Origin: Anaeromyxobacteraceae bacterium
GTDB taxonomy: Bacteria; Myxococcota; Myxococcia; Myxococcales; Anaeromyxobacteraceae
Length of the DNA: 64,000 bases
Direction of reading: 5' to 3'
Assembly (NCBI GenBank): GCA_032654565.1
Contig: JAULAX010000009.1
Span: 64,001 to 128,000 of the forward strand
The notes below the pieces were generated by a model, which made no database searches, had not been told where the DNA came from, and saw only the letters and a list, made by a program, of their open reading frames with translations. This document shows, piece after piece, positions 39,413-49,530 of this stretch; position 1 is the stretch's first letter, and each line of letters opens with the position of its first letter. The position numbers and the translations under genes are program-made.

Positions 39413-39850
39413 TCACCCCTGGCCGGCGGCGCCCTTCCTGGCCGCCGCGGACCTGGCGGCGAGGTGGCCCACCACCCGGCCGATGGGCACGCCGGTCGGG
39501 CAGACCGCCTTGCAGCCGGCGCAGGCCTGGCAGGCGTCGAGCAGGTCGCGCGCCCCGGCCAGGTCACCGCCGGTCCGCCCCACCAGCCGGAAGGCGGCCG
39601 GCAGGCCGAGCGCGCGCAGGGACGGCGCCGTCGCCGCCAGGTGGCAGCAGGCCTCGCAGAGGCCGCAGCCGGTGCAGCGTGAGGCCAGCAGCGACACCTC
39701 CCGATCGACGGCGCTGGTCGGCGCCAGCCGGTCCTCGGCGAAGATGGCCTGGAACCGGTCGAACCCGGCGCCGCGCTGGAAGAGCCGCTTGAGCGGCTCG
39801 ACCAGGACGGCCCGCCAGGCGAGGTAGACGAGGGCGTGGAGGCTGGGCAC
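39413..39850 (-). CDS. Small 2x[4Fe-4S] ferredoxin-like protein (GlpC position)
   Basis: CTGCGLCEACC and CQACAGCKAVCP; GGGAGGGAG RBS. Confidence 0.8.
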   Translation of the reverse strand: MPSLHALVYLAWRAVLVEPLKRLFQRGAGFDRFQAIFAEDRLAPTSAVDREVSLLASRCTGCGLCEACCHLAATAPSLRALGLPAAFRLVGRTGGDLAGARDLLDACQACAGCKAVCPTGVPIGRVVGHLAARSAAARKGAAGQG

Positions 39851-39866
39851 CGGTCCGCTCCCTCCC

Positions 39867-41156
39867 CTACCCGGCCGCCGCGGCGCGGCCGGCGATCCAG
39901 CCGCTCAGGATGGCCACGCCGAGACCGGTCCCGTCGGCGGCGTGCTCGTGGCCGCCGAGCAGGGCCCCGGCGGCGAAGAGCCGCTCGGCGAAGGGGCGGC
40001 CGGCCTCGTCGAGCGGCCGGCAGGCCGCGTCCACCGCCACCCCCGCCGCCAGCAGCGGCTGGGCGTCGGTCCGCTGGCGGGTGGTGAGCATCCAGGGCGG
40101 CCGACCGGCCAGGGTGAGCCCGCCGGCGCCCGCCTCCGAGGCCAGCACCGGCAGCCCGAAGAGCGGCTCCACCAGCCCGCCGCGCCGGACCAGGCCGCCG
40201 CCGAGGAAGCGGCCGGTGGCCAGCACCCAGGACCGCGCCTCCACCGCCGCCTCGCCGACCCGGACCGCCTGTCCCGGCCCGGCGCCGGCCGCCAGGTCCC
40301 CGGTGAGCACGTCGACGCCGGCCCCGGCCAGCCGCGCCAGCATGGCCTGGTCGAGCCGCAGCCCCGGCACCGACGAGGGCGGGTCGGCCACCACCTCGGC
40401 CACCGGCAGGCCGGCGGCCGCCTCGACGCGGGCGTGGACCCGCGCCACCGGGTCGAGGCCGAGCACCGGCGGCACCAGCGCCACCACCGCCCCCCGGGGG
40501 AGGACGGCGCGCAGCGCCTCGCCCAGCGCCTCGGCGGCGCCGGGCGGCTCCAGCGCCCGGGCCAGCTCCACCGGCCGCAGGGCCCCGTCGCCGGGCGCGG
40601 TGAAGGCCAGCGCCTCGGCCACCGCCACGGCCGGCCCGCCCGACGAGGTCAGCCGGGCCGCCGCCGACGCCACCAGCCGGGCGTCGAAGCCGAGGTGGCC
40701 GGAGAAGCCGATCACCGCCGCCAGGCCGCGCACCCGCCGCAGGTCGCCGGCCGCCTGCGAGCGCAGGCAGAGGGCGCACTCGGCCAGGCCGCCGGAGACG
40801 TGGGCCAGGAAGCGCGGCCGGCCGTCGGGCGGCTCCACCAGCGCCGAGAGGTGGGCGGCGGCGAAGCCGAGCGCCTCCTCCAGCTCGGCGGTGCCGAGGC
40901 GGGCGTAGGGGTGGCCGGGCCGCCGCGCCGCCAGCCGCCGCGCCGACTCCAGCGGGGAGCGGCGCCCCAGCAGCGGATCGCCGGGGAGCGCGTCGAGGTC
41001 GGGGGCCACGCCGAAGGCCCCGCCGAAGAGCGCCGTGGCCCCGGGGGCGCGCCGCACCAGCAGCACCGTGGCGCCGCTGGCCCGGGCGGCGAGCGCCGCC
41101 ACCGCGCCGGCCAGGCCGCCGCCCACCACCAGCACGTCGACGCGCCGGGTGATCAT
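39867..41156 (-). CDS. glpB: Anaerobic glycerol-3-phosphate dehydrogenase subunit B-like flavoprotein
   Basis: VVGGGLAG, PPSSVPGLRL, VLATGRFLGGGL, EPLFGLPV, GTGLGVAILSG. Confidence 0.8.
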   Translation of the reverse strand: MITRRVDVLVVGGGLAGAVAALAARASGATVLLVRRAPGATALFGGAFGVAPDLDALPGDPLLGRRSPLESARRLAARRPGHPYARLGTAELEEALGFAAAHLSALVEPPDGRPRFLAHVSGGLAECALCLRSQAAGDLRRVRGLAAVIGFSGHLGFDARLVASAAARLTSSGGPAVAVAEALAFTAPGDGALRPVELARALEPPGAAEALGEALRAVLPRGAVVALVPPVLGLDPVARVHARVEAAAGLPVAEVVADPPSSVPGLRLDQAMLARLAGAGVDVLTGDLAAGAGPGQAVRVGEAAVEARSWVLATGRFLGGGLVRRGGLVEPLFGLPVLASEAGAGGLTLAGRPPWMLTTRQRTDAQPLLAAGVAVDAACRPLDEAGRPFAERLFAAGALLGGHEHAADGTGLGVAILSGWIAGRAAAAG

Positions 41157-42796
41157 GCCCCGACCCCCCAGTGGGCGCCGCGCAGCAGCTCTTCCTGGGC
41201 CAGCTGGGCCCCGCCCAGCACGGCCCGCCGCTCCCGCCAGCCGGCCTCGAGCAGCCCGGCCAGCTCGGCCCGGGTCCGCTCGGCGTCCCAGCCCAGCTCG
41301 CGCGCCGTGAGCTGGGCCGCCAGCCGGGCGCAGTCGAGCCCGCCGCAGCCCCCCACCGACAGCCGGAGCCGGGTGCGCAGGTCGACCAGCCGCCGCACCA
41401 GCTCGTGCCGGACGCAGTGGACCACCTCGGCGGCCAGGATCCCCTCGTCCCGGCAGACCACCAGCCGCAGGCGCGGATCCTCGTCGCAGAGCCGCAGCAC
41501 CTCGCCGGCCCGGCCGCCGTGGCGATAGACCACCCGCGCCGCCACCGGCAGCGCCACCCGGTGGGCGGTGGCCAGGGCCGCGGCGTCGGCCGGCGCCTCC
41601 CCGCCGGGGAGCGGAGTGAGGTGGGTCCGGCAGGCCACCGGGGCCCGCCCCAGGTCGCGCAGGATCCGGTCGGTGACCTCCTCGGCCTGGGCCCGGTAGC
41701 TGGCCAGCTTGCCGCCCACCAGGGAGAGCAGCCCGGCCGCCCCGTCGGCGGCGTGATCGATGAGCTGGTGGTCGCGCGAGAGGGCGTCCTCGTTGGGGCC
41801 GTAGTCGTAGAGCGTGGTCCTGAGCGCCCAGAAGGCCCGCGAGAGCCGCGCCTCCCGCGCCGCCGGGAAGACCGAGGCCGCCCCCTCCAGCAGGTACTCG
41901 ACGTCGTCGGCGGTGGCCTCGCAGTCGTCGGGGTCGCCGTAGAAGTCGTCGTCGGTGGTGGCGATCCAGCTCTCGCGGTCGTGCGGGTAGACGAACATCA
42001 TCCGGCCGTCGACGGCGTTGCAGACCACCGCGTAGTCGGAGAGCCGGCGGTCCATGCAGAGGTGGACCCCCTTGCCGGGGCGCATCCGCACCGTGGCCCC
42101 CTGCCGCCGGGCGAAGGCCGGCGACCAGGCGCCGGTGGCGTTGAAGACCAGCGGCGCCCGCGCCTCCCCGGCCTCGCCGGTGACCCGGTCGACCCAGCGC
42201 ACCCCCACCGCCCGCCCGTCCTCGCGGAGCACGTCGCGGGCCTCGGTCCAGGTCCGCACCTCGGCGCCGTGGTCCCGCGCCGCCAGGGCGTTGAGGACGC
42301 AGAGCCGGTGGGCGTCGATGCCCCACTCGTCGAAGGTGACGGCGCCGTGGAGGCCGGGGCGCAGCCCGGGCTCGAGCCGGTAGAGGTCGTCGGCGCCGAG
42401 CCGCACCGAGGGCTTGCCCCGCTTGAGCGGCTGGTAGACGTCGTAGGTGGAGAAGAAGACCTCGGTGGCGTAGGCCACCGCCCGCTCCACCAGGCTCTGC
42501 CGCTCCCGCCTCGAGGTGAAGGGAACCAGGAAGGGGATGCGGAAGAGCAGGTGGGGGGCCAGCCGCTGGATGTAGCCGGAGTCGCGGCAGGCCAGCCTGG
42601 TGACCCGCGGACCGGAGAGCATGTAGCGCGGCCCGCCGTGGATCAGCCCGGAGCTGCCGCCCGAGGCGCCCGAGGCCAGGTCGCCGCGCTCCAGCAGCAG
42701 CACCTTGAGGCCGCGCATGGCGCAGTCGCGCGCCGTGCCCAGCCCGTTGACCCCGCCACCGAGGACGATGACATCGTGACCCGCGACCCTCTCCAC
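41153..42796 (-). CDS. glpA: FAD-dependent glycerol-3-phosphate dehydrogenase subunit A-like
   Basis: GGGVNGLGTARDCAMRG, SGLIHGGPRY, NATGAW, KGVHL, GGKLASYR, C-terminal C..GGCGG..C; TACACT 7 nt upstream. Confidence 0.85.
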   Translation of the reverse strand: MERVAGHDVIVLGGGVNGLGTARDCAMRGLKVLLLERGDLASGASGGSSGLIHGGPRYMLSGPRVTRLACRDSGYIQRLAPHLLFRIPFLVPFTSRRERQSLVERAVAYATEVFFSTYDVYQPLKRGKPSVRLGADDLYRLEPGLRPGLHGAVTFDEWGIDAHRLCVLNALAARDHGAEVRTWTEARDVLREDGRAVGVRWVDRVTGEAGEARAPLVFNATGAWSPAFARRQGATVRMRPGKGVHLCMDRRLSDYAVVCNAVDGRMMFVYPHDRESWIATTDDDFYGDPDDCEATADDVEYLLEGAASVFPAAREARLSRAFWALRTTLYDYGPNEDALSRDHQLIDHAADGAAGLLSLVGGKLASYRAQAEEVTDRILRDLGRAPVACRTHLTPLPGGEAPADAAALATAHRVALPVAARVVYRHGGRAGEVLRLCDEDPRLRLVVCRDEGILAAEVVHCVRHELVRRLVDLRTRLRLSVGGCGGLDCARLAAQLTARELGWDAERTRAELAGLLEAGWRERRAVLGGAQLAQEELLRGAHWGVGA

Positions 42797-42860
42797 GCCA
42801 GGGAGTGTAGCCCTCCCCGGGCCGGGGCAGGGTGGCGACGATGGGGCGCGGCGCCGGGCG

Positions 42861-44675
42861 CTACTTGGGCTGCTCGGCGGTGCTCTTGACGTAGAGGTCG
42901 CGCAGCTGCTTCTGGTCGACGTCGCCGGGGGCGCCGGTCATCAGGTCGGTCCCCTTCTGCGTCTTCGGCCAGGCCACCACGTCACGGAGCGACTCGGCGC
43001 CGGTGAGCAGCATCACCAGGCGGTCCATGCCCAGCGCGATGCCGCCGTGCGGGGGGGCCCCCAGCTTGAGGGCGTCGAGGAGGAAGCCGAACTTGCTCCG
43101 GGCGTCCTCGTCGCTGATCCCCATGGCCTTGAAGACCCGGGCCTGCACCTCGGGGTCGTGCAGGCGGATGGAGCCGCCGCCGATCTCGAAGCCATTGAGG
43201 ACGCAGTCGTAGCGGTAGCAGTCGACCTTGCCGGGGTCGGTCTCCAGGTACTGCAGGCACTCGTCGTGGGGCCGGGTGAAGGCGTGGTGGGCGGCCGCCC
43301 ACTGCCCCGACTCCTCGTCGAACTCGAAGAGCGGCGGGTTGACCACCCAGAGGAAGCGCCAGCTCCCGCCCGAGCCGAACTCGGGGATGAGGCCGAGCCG
43401 CTTGCCGAGGTGGAGGCGCAGGTTGGCCATCACCGTCTGGACCACCGACTCCTTGCCGAACTGGAAGAGCAGCAGGTCGCCGGGGGCGGCCTGGCAGGCG
43501 GCGTTGATGGCGGCGCGCAGCCCGGGGGTGATGGTCTTGGCGAAGGGCGACTGGGTCCACTCGCCCCCCTCGCCGACCTTGGCCCGGGCCAGCCCCTTGG
43601 AGCCCATCCCCTTGACGTACTCCTCGAGCTTGTCGATCTCGGTGCGCGAGAGGTTGGCCGAGGCCGGCACCTTCATGGCCTTGACGATCCCCTTCCCCGC
43701 CACCACCTCGGCGAGGAGCGGCACCCCGCCGCCGCCGTGCTCCTTGACCAGGGCGGTCAGGACCACGTGCTCCATGCCGAAGCGCAGGTCGGGCTTGTCG
43801 TTGCCGTACCGGTCCATCGACTCGTAGAAGGGCATGCGCTGGAAGGGGCGCGGGATGTCCACCCCCAGCACCTCCTTCCAGAGCTTCACGATCAGCCCCT
43901 CGATGACCTCGAAGATGTCGTCCTGCTTGACGAAGGACATCTCCACGTCGATCTGGGTGAACTCCGGCTGGCGATCGACGCGCAGGTCCTCGTCGCGGAA
44001 GCAGCGGACGATCTGGAAGTACCGGTCGAAGCCGGCGATCATGTAGAGCTGCTTGAAGAGCTGCGGGCTCTCGGCCAGCGCGTAGAACTTGCCCGGATTG
44101 AGGCGCGAGGGGACCAGGAAGTTGCGGGCCCCGCCCGGCGTGTACTTCACCATGAACGGGGTCTCCAGCTCGAGGAACCCCTGGTCGGTGAAGTGGTTGC
44201 GGGTGAGGTGGTTGACCCGGGCCCGGGTCATCAGCGTCTTCTGCATGGGGGCCCGGCGCAGGTCGAGGAAGCGGTACTGCAGCCGCTTCTCCTCGGCGGT
44301 GTCGAGCTTGTCCTCCACCTGGAAGGGGAGCGGCTCGGAGCGGTTGAAGATCTCCAGCTCGGTGGCGTGGACCTCGATCTCGCCGGTCTTGAGCTTGGGG
44401 TTGACGTTGCCGCCGCGCGAGACCACCGTGCCGCGCACGCCCACGCAGTACTCCAGCCGCAGCTGGCCGGCCAGGTCGTGCACCTCGGGGCGCACGTCCT
44501 GCTCGAAGACCACCTGGGTCACGCCCTCGCGGTCGCGCAGGTCGATGAAGACGGCGCCGCCGTGATCGCGCCGGTTGTTGATCCACCCGAAGAGGATGAC
44601 CTCGGCGCCGACCTCGGCCCTGGTGAGCTGTCCACAGTTGTGCGTCCGCTTGAGGTCGGTGATGAAGCGCGCCAC
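42861..44675 (-). CDS. aspS: Aspartate--tRNA ligase
   Basis: [65 protein letters not shown] before GTG. Confidence 0.97.
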   Translation of the reverse strand: MARFITDLKRTHNCGQLTRAEVGAEVILFGWINNRRDHGGAVFIDLRDREGVTQVVFEQDVRPEVHDLAGQLRLEYCVGVRGTVVSRGGNVNPKLKTGEIEVHATELEIFNRSEPLPFQVEDKLDTAEEKRLQYRFLDLRRAPMQKTLMTRARVNHLTRNHFTDQGFLELETPFMVKYTPGGARNFLVPSRLNPGKFYALAESPQLFKQLYMIAGFDRYFQIVRCFRDEDLRVDRQPEFTQIDVEMSFVKQDDIFEVIEGLIVKLWKEVLGVDIPRPFQRMPFYESMDRYGNDKPDLRFGMEHVVLTALVKEHGGGGVPLLAEVVAGKGIVKAMKVPASANLSRTEIDKLEEYVKGMGSKGLARAKVGEGGEWTQSPFAKTITPGLRAAINAACQAAPGDLLLFQFGKESVVQTVMANLRLHLGKRLGLIPEFGSGGSWRFLWVVNPPLFEFDEESGQWAAAHHAFTRPHDECLQYLETDPGKVDCYRYDCVLNGFEIGGGSIRLHDPEVQARVFKAMGISDEDARSKFGFLLDALKLGAPPHGGIALGMDRLVMLLTGAESLRDVVAWPKTQKGTDLMTGAPGDVDQKQLRDLYVKSTAEQPK

Positions 44676-44734
44676 GAAGGGCCTCCCCGGCTGGGTTGAG
44701 TGGGGGGGCATCTCACACCGTGAAACGCTCGAGG

Positions 44735-45613
44735 TCAAGGTGGCGAGCGGGGCGGCGAGGCGGGGCGGAGCGGCCCCGGGGCGCGAGCCTCCCCGTCACC
44801 GGGCGGCGCCATCCGCGTGAAGCCGGCAGCCCCGGGCCCCGCCGGCGGTCCCTGCCGGCCCACCGCAGGATCGCCATCGGCGACCCAGGCGACCTCCTCC
44901 ACGAGGACCTCCGAGCCGATGAACTCGAGGAACTCGTCGCGGCGCTGCTCCGTCATCTTCACGAACTCGAGGCCCAGGCCAGGTTCGCTGGAGGTGGAGC
45001 GCCAGCGGACGTCGGCCTCGAGGGTGAAGTGCTCGCCGGTCCTGGGATGGATGACGCGCACCTTCACCGGGCTTCCCACCGCGACCCCGATGGTGGTGCC
45101 GACGAACAGCCCGCCCTTGGAGACGTTGCGGGTGTAGAGCAGGCGGACGTCGTCGACGGTCTGGAGGCGGACCTGGAGGACCGCCCGGAAGCGAGGGTCG
45201 ACGCGCCCCGGCGACGGCTCGGCGGGGCGCCGCGCCGCGTCCTCCGGTGCGTCCGTCGCGGCCGGCCCGTCCCGGCCACCGGCCGCGAACTCGATGAACT
45301 GGCTCCAGCGCCGGCGCTCGACCGCGGTGAGCGAGTAGAGCTGGATGCCGACGCCCGGCGGCCCACCGTCCTTCGAGGCGGCCTGGCGGGCCGCCATCCC
45401 CATCACCACCAGCTCGTCTCCCTGGTCGGGCAGCTTCAGGCGCAGTCGGACCAGCCACCTCACCTCCAACCGTACCTCGGTGCGGAGGTAGACCCCCGCC
45501 AGGCTCACGTCATCCGTATAGGCCGCGAAGTCCCTCCCTCCCTGGGAGAGGACGGCCTCGAGACGGAAGGGAATGCGGGCCGTGCGACGCAGCTCGATGC
45601 CTTGTTTCAGCAT
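44735..45613 (-). CDS. Tandem PilZ-domain protein (myxobacterial TIGR02266-like); start uncertain
   Basis: RRTAR..DVSLAG and RVDPR..NVSKGG, i.e. RxxxR plus D/NxSxxG twice. Confidence 0.82.
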   Translation of the reverse strand: MLKQGIELRRTARIPFRLEAVLSQGGRDFAAYTDDVSLAGVYLRTEVRLEVRWLVRLRLKLPDQGDELVVMGMAARQAASKDGGPPGVGIQLYSLTAVERRRWSQFIEFAAGGRDGPAATDAPEDAARRPAEPSPGRVDPRFRAVLQVRLQTVDDVRLLYTRNVSKGGLFVGTTIGVAVGSPVKVRVIHPRTGEHFTLEADVRWRSTSSEPGLGLEFVKMTEQRRDEFLEFIGSEVLVEEVAWVADGDPAVGRQGPPAGPGAAGFTRMAPPGDGEARAPGPLRPASPPRSPP

Positions 45614-45882
45614 GGTCTCTGCCGGGCGACTCCTTTGGGTCGCTGGTCTCCCTCCCGACCTGCTCACGATTCACCCACCGTGCCAGCCTGGTCCCGTCGC
45701 GGGTGGGGGCGCAGACCGTCCATCTCCTTGAGATCCTCCTGGCGAGAGGCCCGTCTTCTGGCCGCTCTACCCCGGGTCGCGCCCACCCGGGGCCAGGGGA
45801 CCCCAGCCACCGCGGGCCAGGCGCCGAGGCGCGCCAGCCCGGCGAGCGGCGCTCCAGCGGCCAGACCCTGCGGGCTCTTCGG

Positions 45883-45898
45883 CGGCACGGGATATGCT
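45883..45898 (+). promoter_or_regulatory. Candidate sigma54 promoter CGGCACGGGATATGCT
   Basis: -24/-12 spacing GG-N10-GC immediately before the HDOD gene. Confidence 0.55.
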
Positions 45899-45911
45899 GC
45901 CTCGCCCGGGG

Positions 45912-47033
45912 ATGGGAGAACTCCTTCACCAGCTCCGGCGGCTCCTCACCAGGTCGGCCGCGCCACCTCGGGTCGTCTCCCCGCCCTCGATCTCTTCTCC
46001 CGTCCGGGTGCCGGTGCCGGTACCGGTGCCGGAGGCTGCGCCGGAGCCGGAAGCCTCCGCACCGGGCGGGGGCCTCACGTCCGCCACCGCCACGTTCGCC
46101 CCATTCGCCAGCGCCCTGGGGCTTCGACTTCCGGCGCCGCTCCCCGAGCCGGGTCCGGAGGAGGCTTCGGCCCGGGAGGAGGCTTCGACCCGGGTGCTGG
46201 CTCACTTCCAGGCCAATCGCCCCGGCCCGGCCTCGGCCCCGACCCTCTCCATCCGGATCCTCAACCTGGTCGCGGCTCCGGAGACCGACGTCTCCGAGCT
46301 GGCCCGCCTCGTCTCCAGCGATCCGGCGCTGGCGGCCGGGGTGCTCACGGTGGCCAACTCCCCCGCGCTCCGGGGGCTCACCGAGACCGAGACGGTGCGC
46401 GAAGCGATCACCCGGCTCGGCTTCGAGGAGGTGGCGCGGGTGGCCGGCGCCGTCAGCGCCCGCAGCCTCTTCAACCCCCGCCTCAAGTCGGAGCTGGCGG
46501 CCCACGGCACCCGCTTCGCCGCCCTCTACCACCGGGCCTTCACGGTGGCCAACGGCGCCGCCTGGCTGGCCCTCCGGCGCAGGAACGGGAGATCCGACCG
46601 GGCCTTCCTCGGTGGCATGCTCCACGACGTCGGCAAGACCATCGCGCTCCGCTCGGTGGCCGCCCTCCTGCGCCAGGGCGAGCTCCAGCTCACCGGTGGA
46701 GGCCCGCAGGTCGACCTGCTGCTGGACAGGGTGCACCTGGAGATCGGCGGCGAGGTCCACCAGGAATGGGGCCTGCCGCAGTACCTCACCGTCATGGCGG
46801 TCCGCCATCACGACGAGTCGATCCCGGCCGACGAGGAGTTCGAGGCCCTGCACGAGGTTCGGCTGGTCGCGGCCCTCCAGGACCTGGCCGGCGAGCCGGC
46901 CTTCGCGGCGCGCGCCGCCGGCGAGCTGGTGCAGAGCGCCGCCGCGCTGGGGATGGGACCGCTCCAGGTGCGCGAGCTGTTCGCAGAGCTCCGGGCCGCG
47001 AGCCACCGGGCCGGCACCGCCTTCGGCCTCTAG
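45912..47033 (+). CDS. HDOD domain protein
   Basis: DPALAAGVLTVANS, AITRLG, AFLGGMLHDVGK, WGLP, HH. Confidence 0.9.
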   Translation: MGELLHQLRRLLTRSAAPPRVVSPPSISSPVRVPVPVPVPEAAPEPEASAPGGGLTSATATFAPFASALGLRLPAPLPEPGPEEASAREEASTRVLAHFQANRPGPASAPTLSIRILNLVAAPETDVSELARLVSSDPALAAGVLTVANSPALRGLTETETVREAITRLGFEEVARVAGAVSARSLFNPRLKSELAAHGTRFAALYHRAFTVANGAAWLALRRRNGRSDRAFLGGMLHDVGKTIALRSVAALLRQGELQLTGGGPQVDLLLDRVHLEIGGEVHQEWGLPQYLTVMAVRHHDESIPADEEFEALHEVRLVAALQDLAGEPAFAARAAGELVQSAAALGMGPLQVRELFAELRAASHRAGTAFGL

Positions 47034-47986
47034 CCAGCGGCCTTCCCGCGCTCCCCGCCCAGCGCCCCCACCAGCTGGAAGGCCTCCGCCCGGGCGGCGG
47101 CCATGGCCAGGTCGTCCATGCGCAGCGCCCGACGCGCCTCCTCGACCACCCCCGACCAGTTGGCGTCGACGCCGTCGACGGGGGCCTCCGGGGTGGTCAT
47201 GGACATGGGAGCGGCGTCCGGCGGGGGCGGCTCCATGCCGGCGCCGGCCTCCCAGGCCAGCTGCTCGGCCACGACGAGGCTGGCGTTGACCAGCTCGATC
47301 TTCCCTCCTGGGGCCGGCTCATGGTGCGTCGAGACCATCCTCTGGATCGCCTCGGGGAGCTTCCAGAGCCTGGTCAGGAGGCCGGAGGCCTCCTCGTGCA
47401 CCTCGTCGATGACCGGCTTGAGCGCCTCGAAGCTCGAGCCCTTCCTGGCGGGGTCCTCCGACAGTGCCAGCAGCGCGGCGGCGAAGCCGACGTCGTGGAG
47501 CAGCCCGCAGAGGAAGGCGTGCTCGGCCTCGACGTTGCTGCGCCGGCAGACGGCGCGCATGACGTGGGCCACGGCGGCCGAGTGTCGCCCCAGCCGCTGC
47601 ATGGCCCCGTCGTAGCCGGGCACGCGGAAGACCTTGATCCGCAGGGCCGCCTCCAGCACCAGGTCGCGCATGGCCTTGAGGCCGAGGCGGACCGAGGCCT
47701 GCAGGAGGGTGGTGATGGGTGACCGGGTCGTGTAGGCGGCCGAGTTGGCGATGGAGAGGACCCTGGCTGCCAGCACCGGGTCCTTCTGGAGCAACCCCAC
47801 CACCTCCTCGAACTTGACGTCGGGGCGCTGGGCCAGGCGCATCACCTCGAGGGCCACCTCGGGCAACATGGGCGGCCGGTACGTCGGTGAGGAGAAGGTG
47901 AGGCGAAGCCGCTCGGTGACGTCGGCGGCGTGGAGCCCTTCGACGGCGGTCGAGGCGGCCATGAAGGTCCTGGGGAACCCGCTCAT
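47030..47986 (-). CDS. HDOD domain protein
   Basis: PMLPEVA, DPVLAARVLSIANS, RLG, AFLCGLLHDVG, WKLP, HHEP. Confidence 0.9.
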   Translation of the reverse strand: MSGFPRTFMAASTAVEGLHAADVTERLRLTFSSPTYRPPMLPEVALEVMRLAQRPDVKFEEVVGLLQKDPVLAARVLSIANSAAYTTRSPITTLLQASVRLGLKAMRDLVLEAALRIKVFRVPGYDGAMQRLGRHSAAVAHVMRAVCRRSNVEAEHAFLCGLLHDVGFAAALLALSEDPARKGSSFEALKPVIDEVHEEASGLLTRLWKLPEAIQRMVSTHHEPAPGGKIELVNASLVVAEQLAWEAGAGMEPPPPDAAPMSMTTPEAPVDGVDANWSGVVEEARRALRMDDLAMAAARAEAFQLVGALGGERGKAAG

Positions 47987-47998
47987 GCCCGCCCGTGT

Positions 47999-48014
47999 AG
48001 CCAGTGGCGTGCCA
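47999..48014 (-). promoter_or_regulatory. Candidate sigma54 promoter TGGCACGCCACTGGCT
   Basis: Near-consensus TGGCACG-N4-TGGCT directly before the second HDOD gene. Confidence 0.6.
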
Positions 48015-48230
48015 GACTGGCCCAGGCCAAGCCCCCGTCATCATGGACGGAGTCGGGCGAGGCGGTGCCCCGGCTCGTCCCTGGGTCGAGGGTGGCGGGT
48101 CACGTCGACCCCCGGCCCCGGGGCTCCCCACCGCCACCTCGAACCATCGGGCACCGGCTGGACCGGCCGAGGGCGCACTTCGATCCGGCGCGGTCGGTGC
48201 CTGCGCCAGGGGAGGGAGGGGAGCGCGCCG

Positions 48231-48572
48231 TCACGCCTTCTTCACGAACTCCGACTTGAGCCCCATGGCGCCGATGCCGTCGATCCGGCAGTCGATGTCG
48301 TGGTCGCCCTCGACCAGGCGGATGTTGCGCACCTTGGTCCCCACCTTCACCACCGAGGAGGAGCCCCGCACCTTGAGGTCCTTGATGACCGTGACCGAGT
48401 CGCCGTCGGCGAGCACGGCGCCGAAGGCGTCGCGGACCACGTGGCCAGGCTCCGCCGCCGGGGCCGGCGCCCCCGGCGTCCACTCGTGGGCGCACTCGGG
48501 GCAGACCAGCGTGCTGCCGTCCTGGTAGGTGAGGGCGGAGTGGCAGGCGGGGCAGGCGGGCAGGTCGCTCAT
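48231..48572 (-). CDS. phnA: PhnA/YjdM zinc-ribbon protein
   Basis: CPAC...[29 protein letters not shown]. Confidence 0.93.
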   Translation of the reverse strand: MSDLPACPACHSALTYQDGSTLVCPECAHEWTPGAPAPAAEPGHVVRDAFGAVLADGDSVTVIKDLKVRGSSSVVKVGTKVRNIRLVEGDHDIDCRIDGIGAMGLKSEFVKKA

Positions 48573-48675
48573 GGTCGGAGGGTGTACCTCGGCCCGCGCC
48601 GTCGCTTCAACCAGCCCTCCCCGCCCCCGGCGCCCGGCCGCGGTGGGCGCCTCGACCGCCGACCACCGGGCCCGG

Positions 48676-49497
48676 TCAGCGCCCTGGCGTCCTGGTCTCC
48701 TGGAGCAGGTTGCCGCCGTCGACCACCACGGTGGCCCCGTTCACGTAGCTGGCCCCCGTCGAGGCCAGGAAGGCGATCACCTCGGCCACCTCGCCGGGTC
48801 GTCCGGCCCGGCCCGGCGGCGTGGCCCGGCCGGCGCGGCGCTCGGCCGGGGTGCTGGAGGCGGTGGCGATCCAGCCCGGGGCCACGGCGTTGACGGTGAT
48901 GCCGGCCCGCGCCAGCTCCAGCGCCAGGGTCCGGGTCAGCCCGCCCAGGGCCGCCTTGCCCGCCGCGTAGGCGCTCTCGCCGGGGTTGGAGACCAGCGGC
49001 CCGGTCACCGAGCTGACGTTGACGATCCGGCCGGCGCCGCCGCCGACCCGCGCGCCGGCGCTGCGCCGCAGGGCCGGCAGGGCGGCCCGGGTGGTGTTCA
49101 CGGCGGTGAGCAGGTTCGAGTCCAGCGAGGCCTGCCAGTCCTCCGGGGAGAGCGAGGCGAAGGGCCTCACCAGCTCCGGCGCCCCGACCCGCCCCATGCC
49201 AGCGTTGTTCACCAGCACGTCCAGCCGGCCGAAGCGCTCCAGCGCCAGCTCCACCACGGCACGCGCCGAGCGCGGGTCGGTGAGGTCACAGACGGCGCCG
49301 GCGGCCTCCACGCCGAGGGCGGCCAGCGCCGCCACCCGGTCATGGATGCGGGAGGTGGTCGAGGTGACGACCACCGCCAGGCCGCGGCGCCCCAGCAGCG
49401 CGGCGGCGGCGAAGCCGATCCCCGCGGGGCTGCCGGCGCCGGTGACCAGGGCGACGCGGCGGGGAGGTGCGGGGGCGGGGCGCGGGCGGGTCGGCAT
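48676..49497 (-). CDS. SDR family oxidoreductase
   Basis: [40 protein letters not shown] 5 nt upstream. Confidence 0.92.
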   Translation of the reverse strand: MPTRPRPAPAPPRRVALVTGAGSPAGIGFAAAALLGRRGLAVVVTSTTSRIHDRVAALAALGVEAAGAVCDLTDPRSARAVVELALERFGRLDVLVNNAGMGRVGAPELVRPFASLSPEDWQASLDSNLLTAVNTTRAALPALRRSAGARVGGGAGRIVNVSSVTGPLVSNPGESAYAAGKAALGGLTRTLALELARAGITVNAVAPGWIATASSTPAERRAGRATPPGRAGRPGEVAEVIAFLASTGASYVNGATVVVDGGNLLQETRTPGR

Positions 49498-49530
49498 GCG
49501 AGAGCATAGACCGACCCGGCCGGGCCACCA

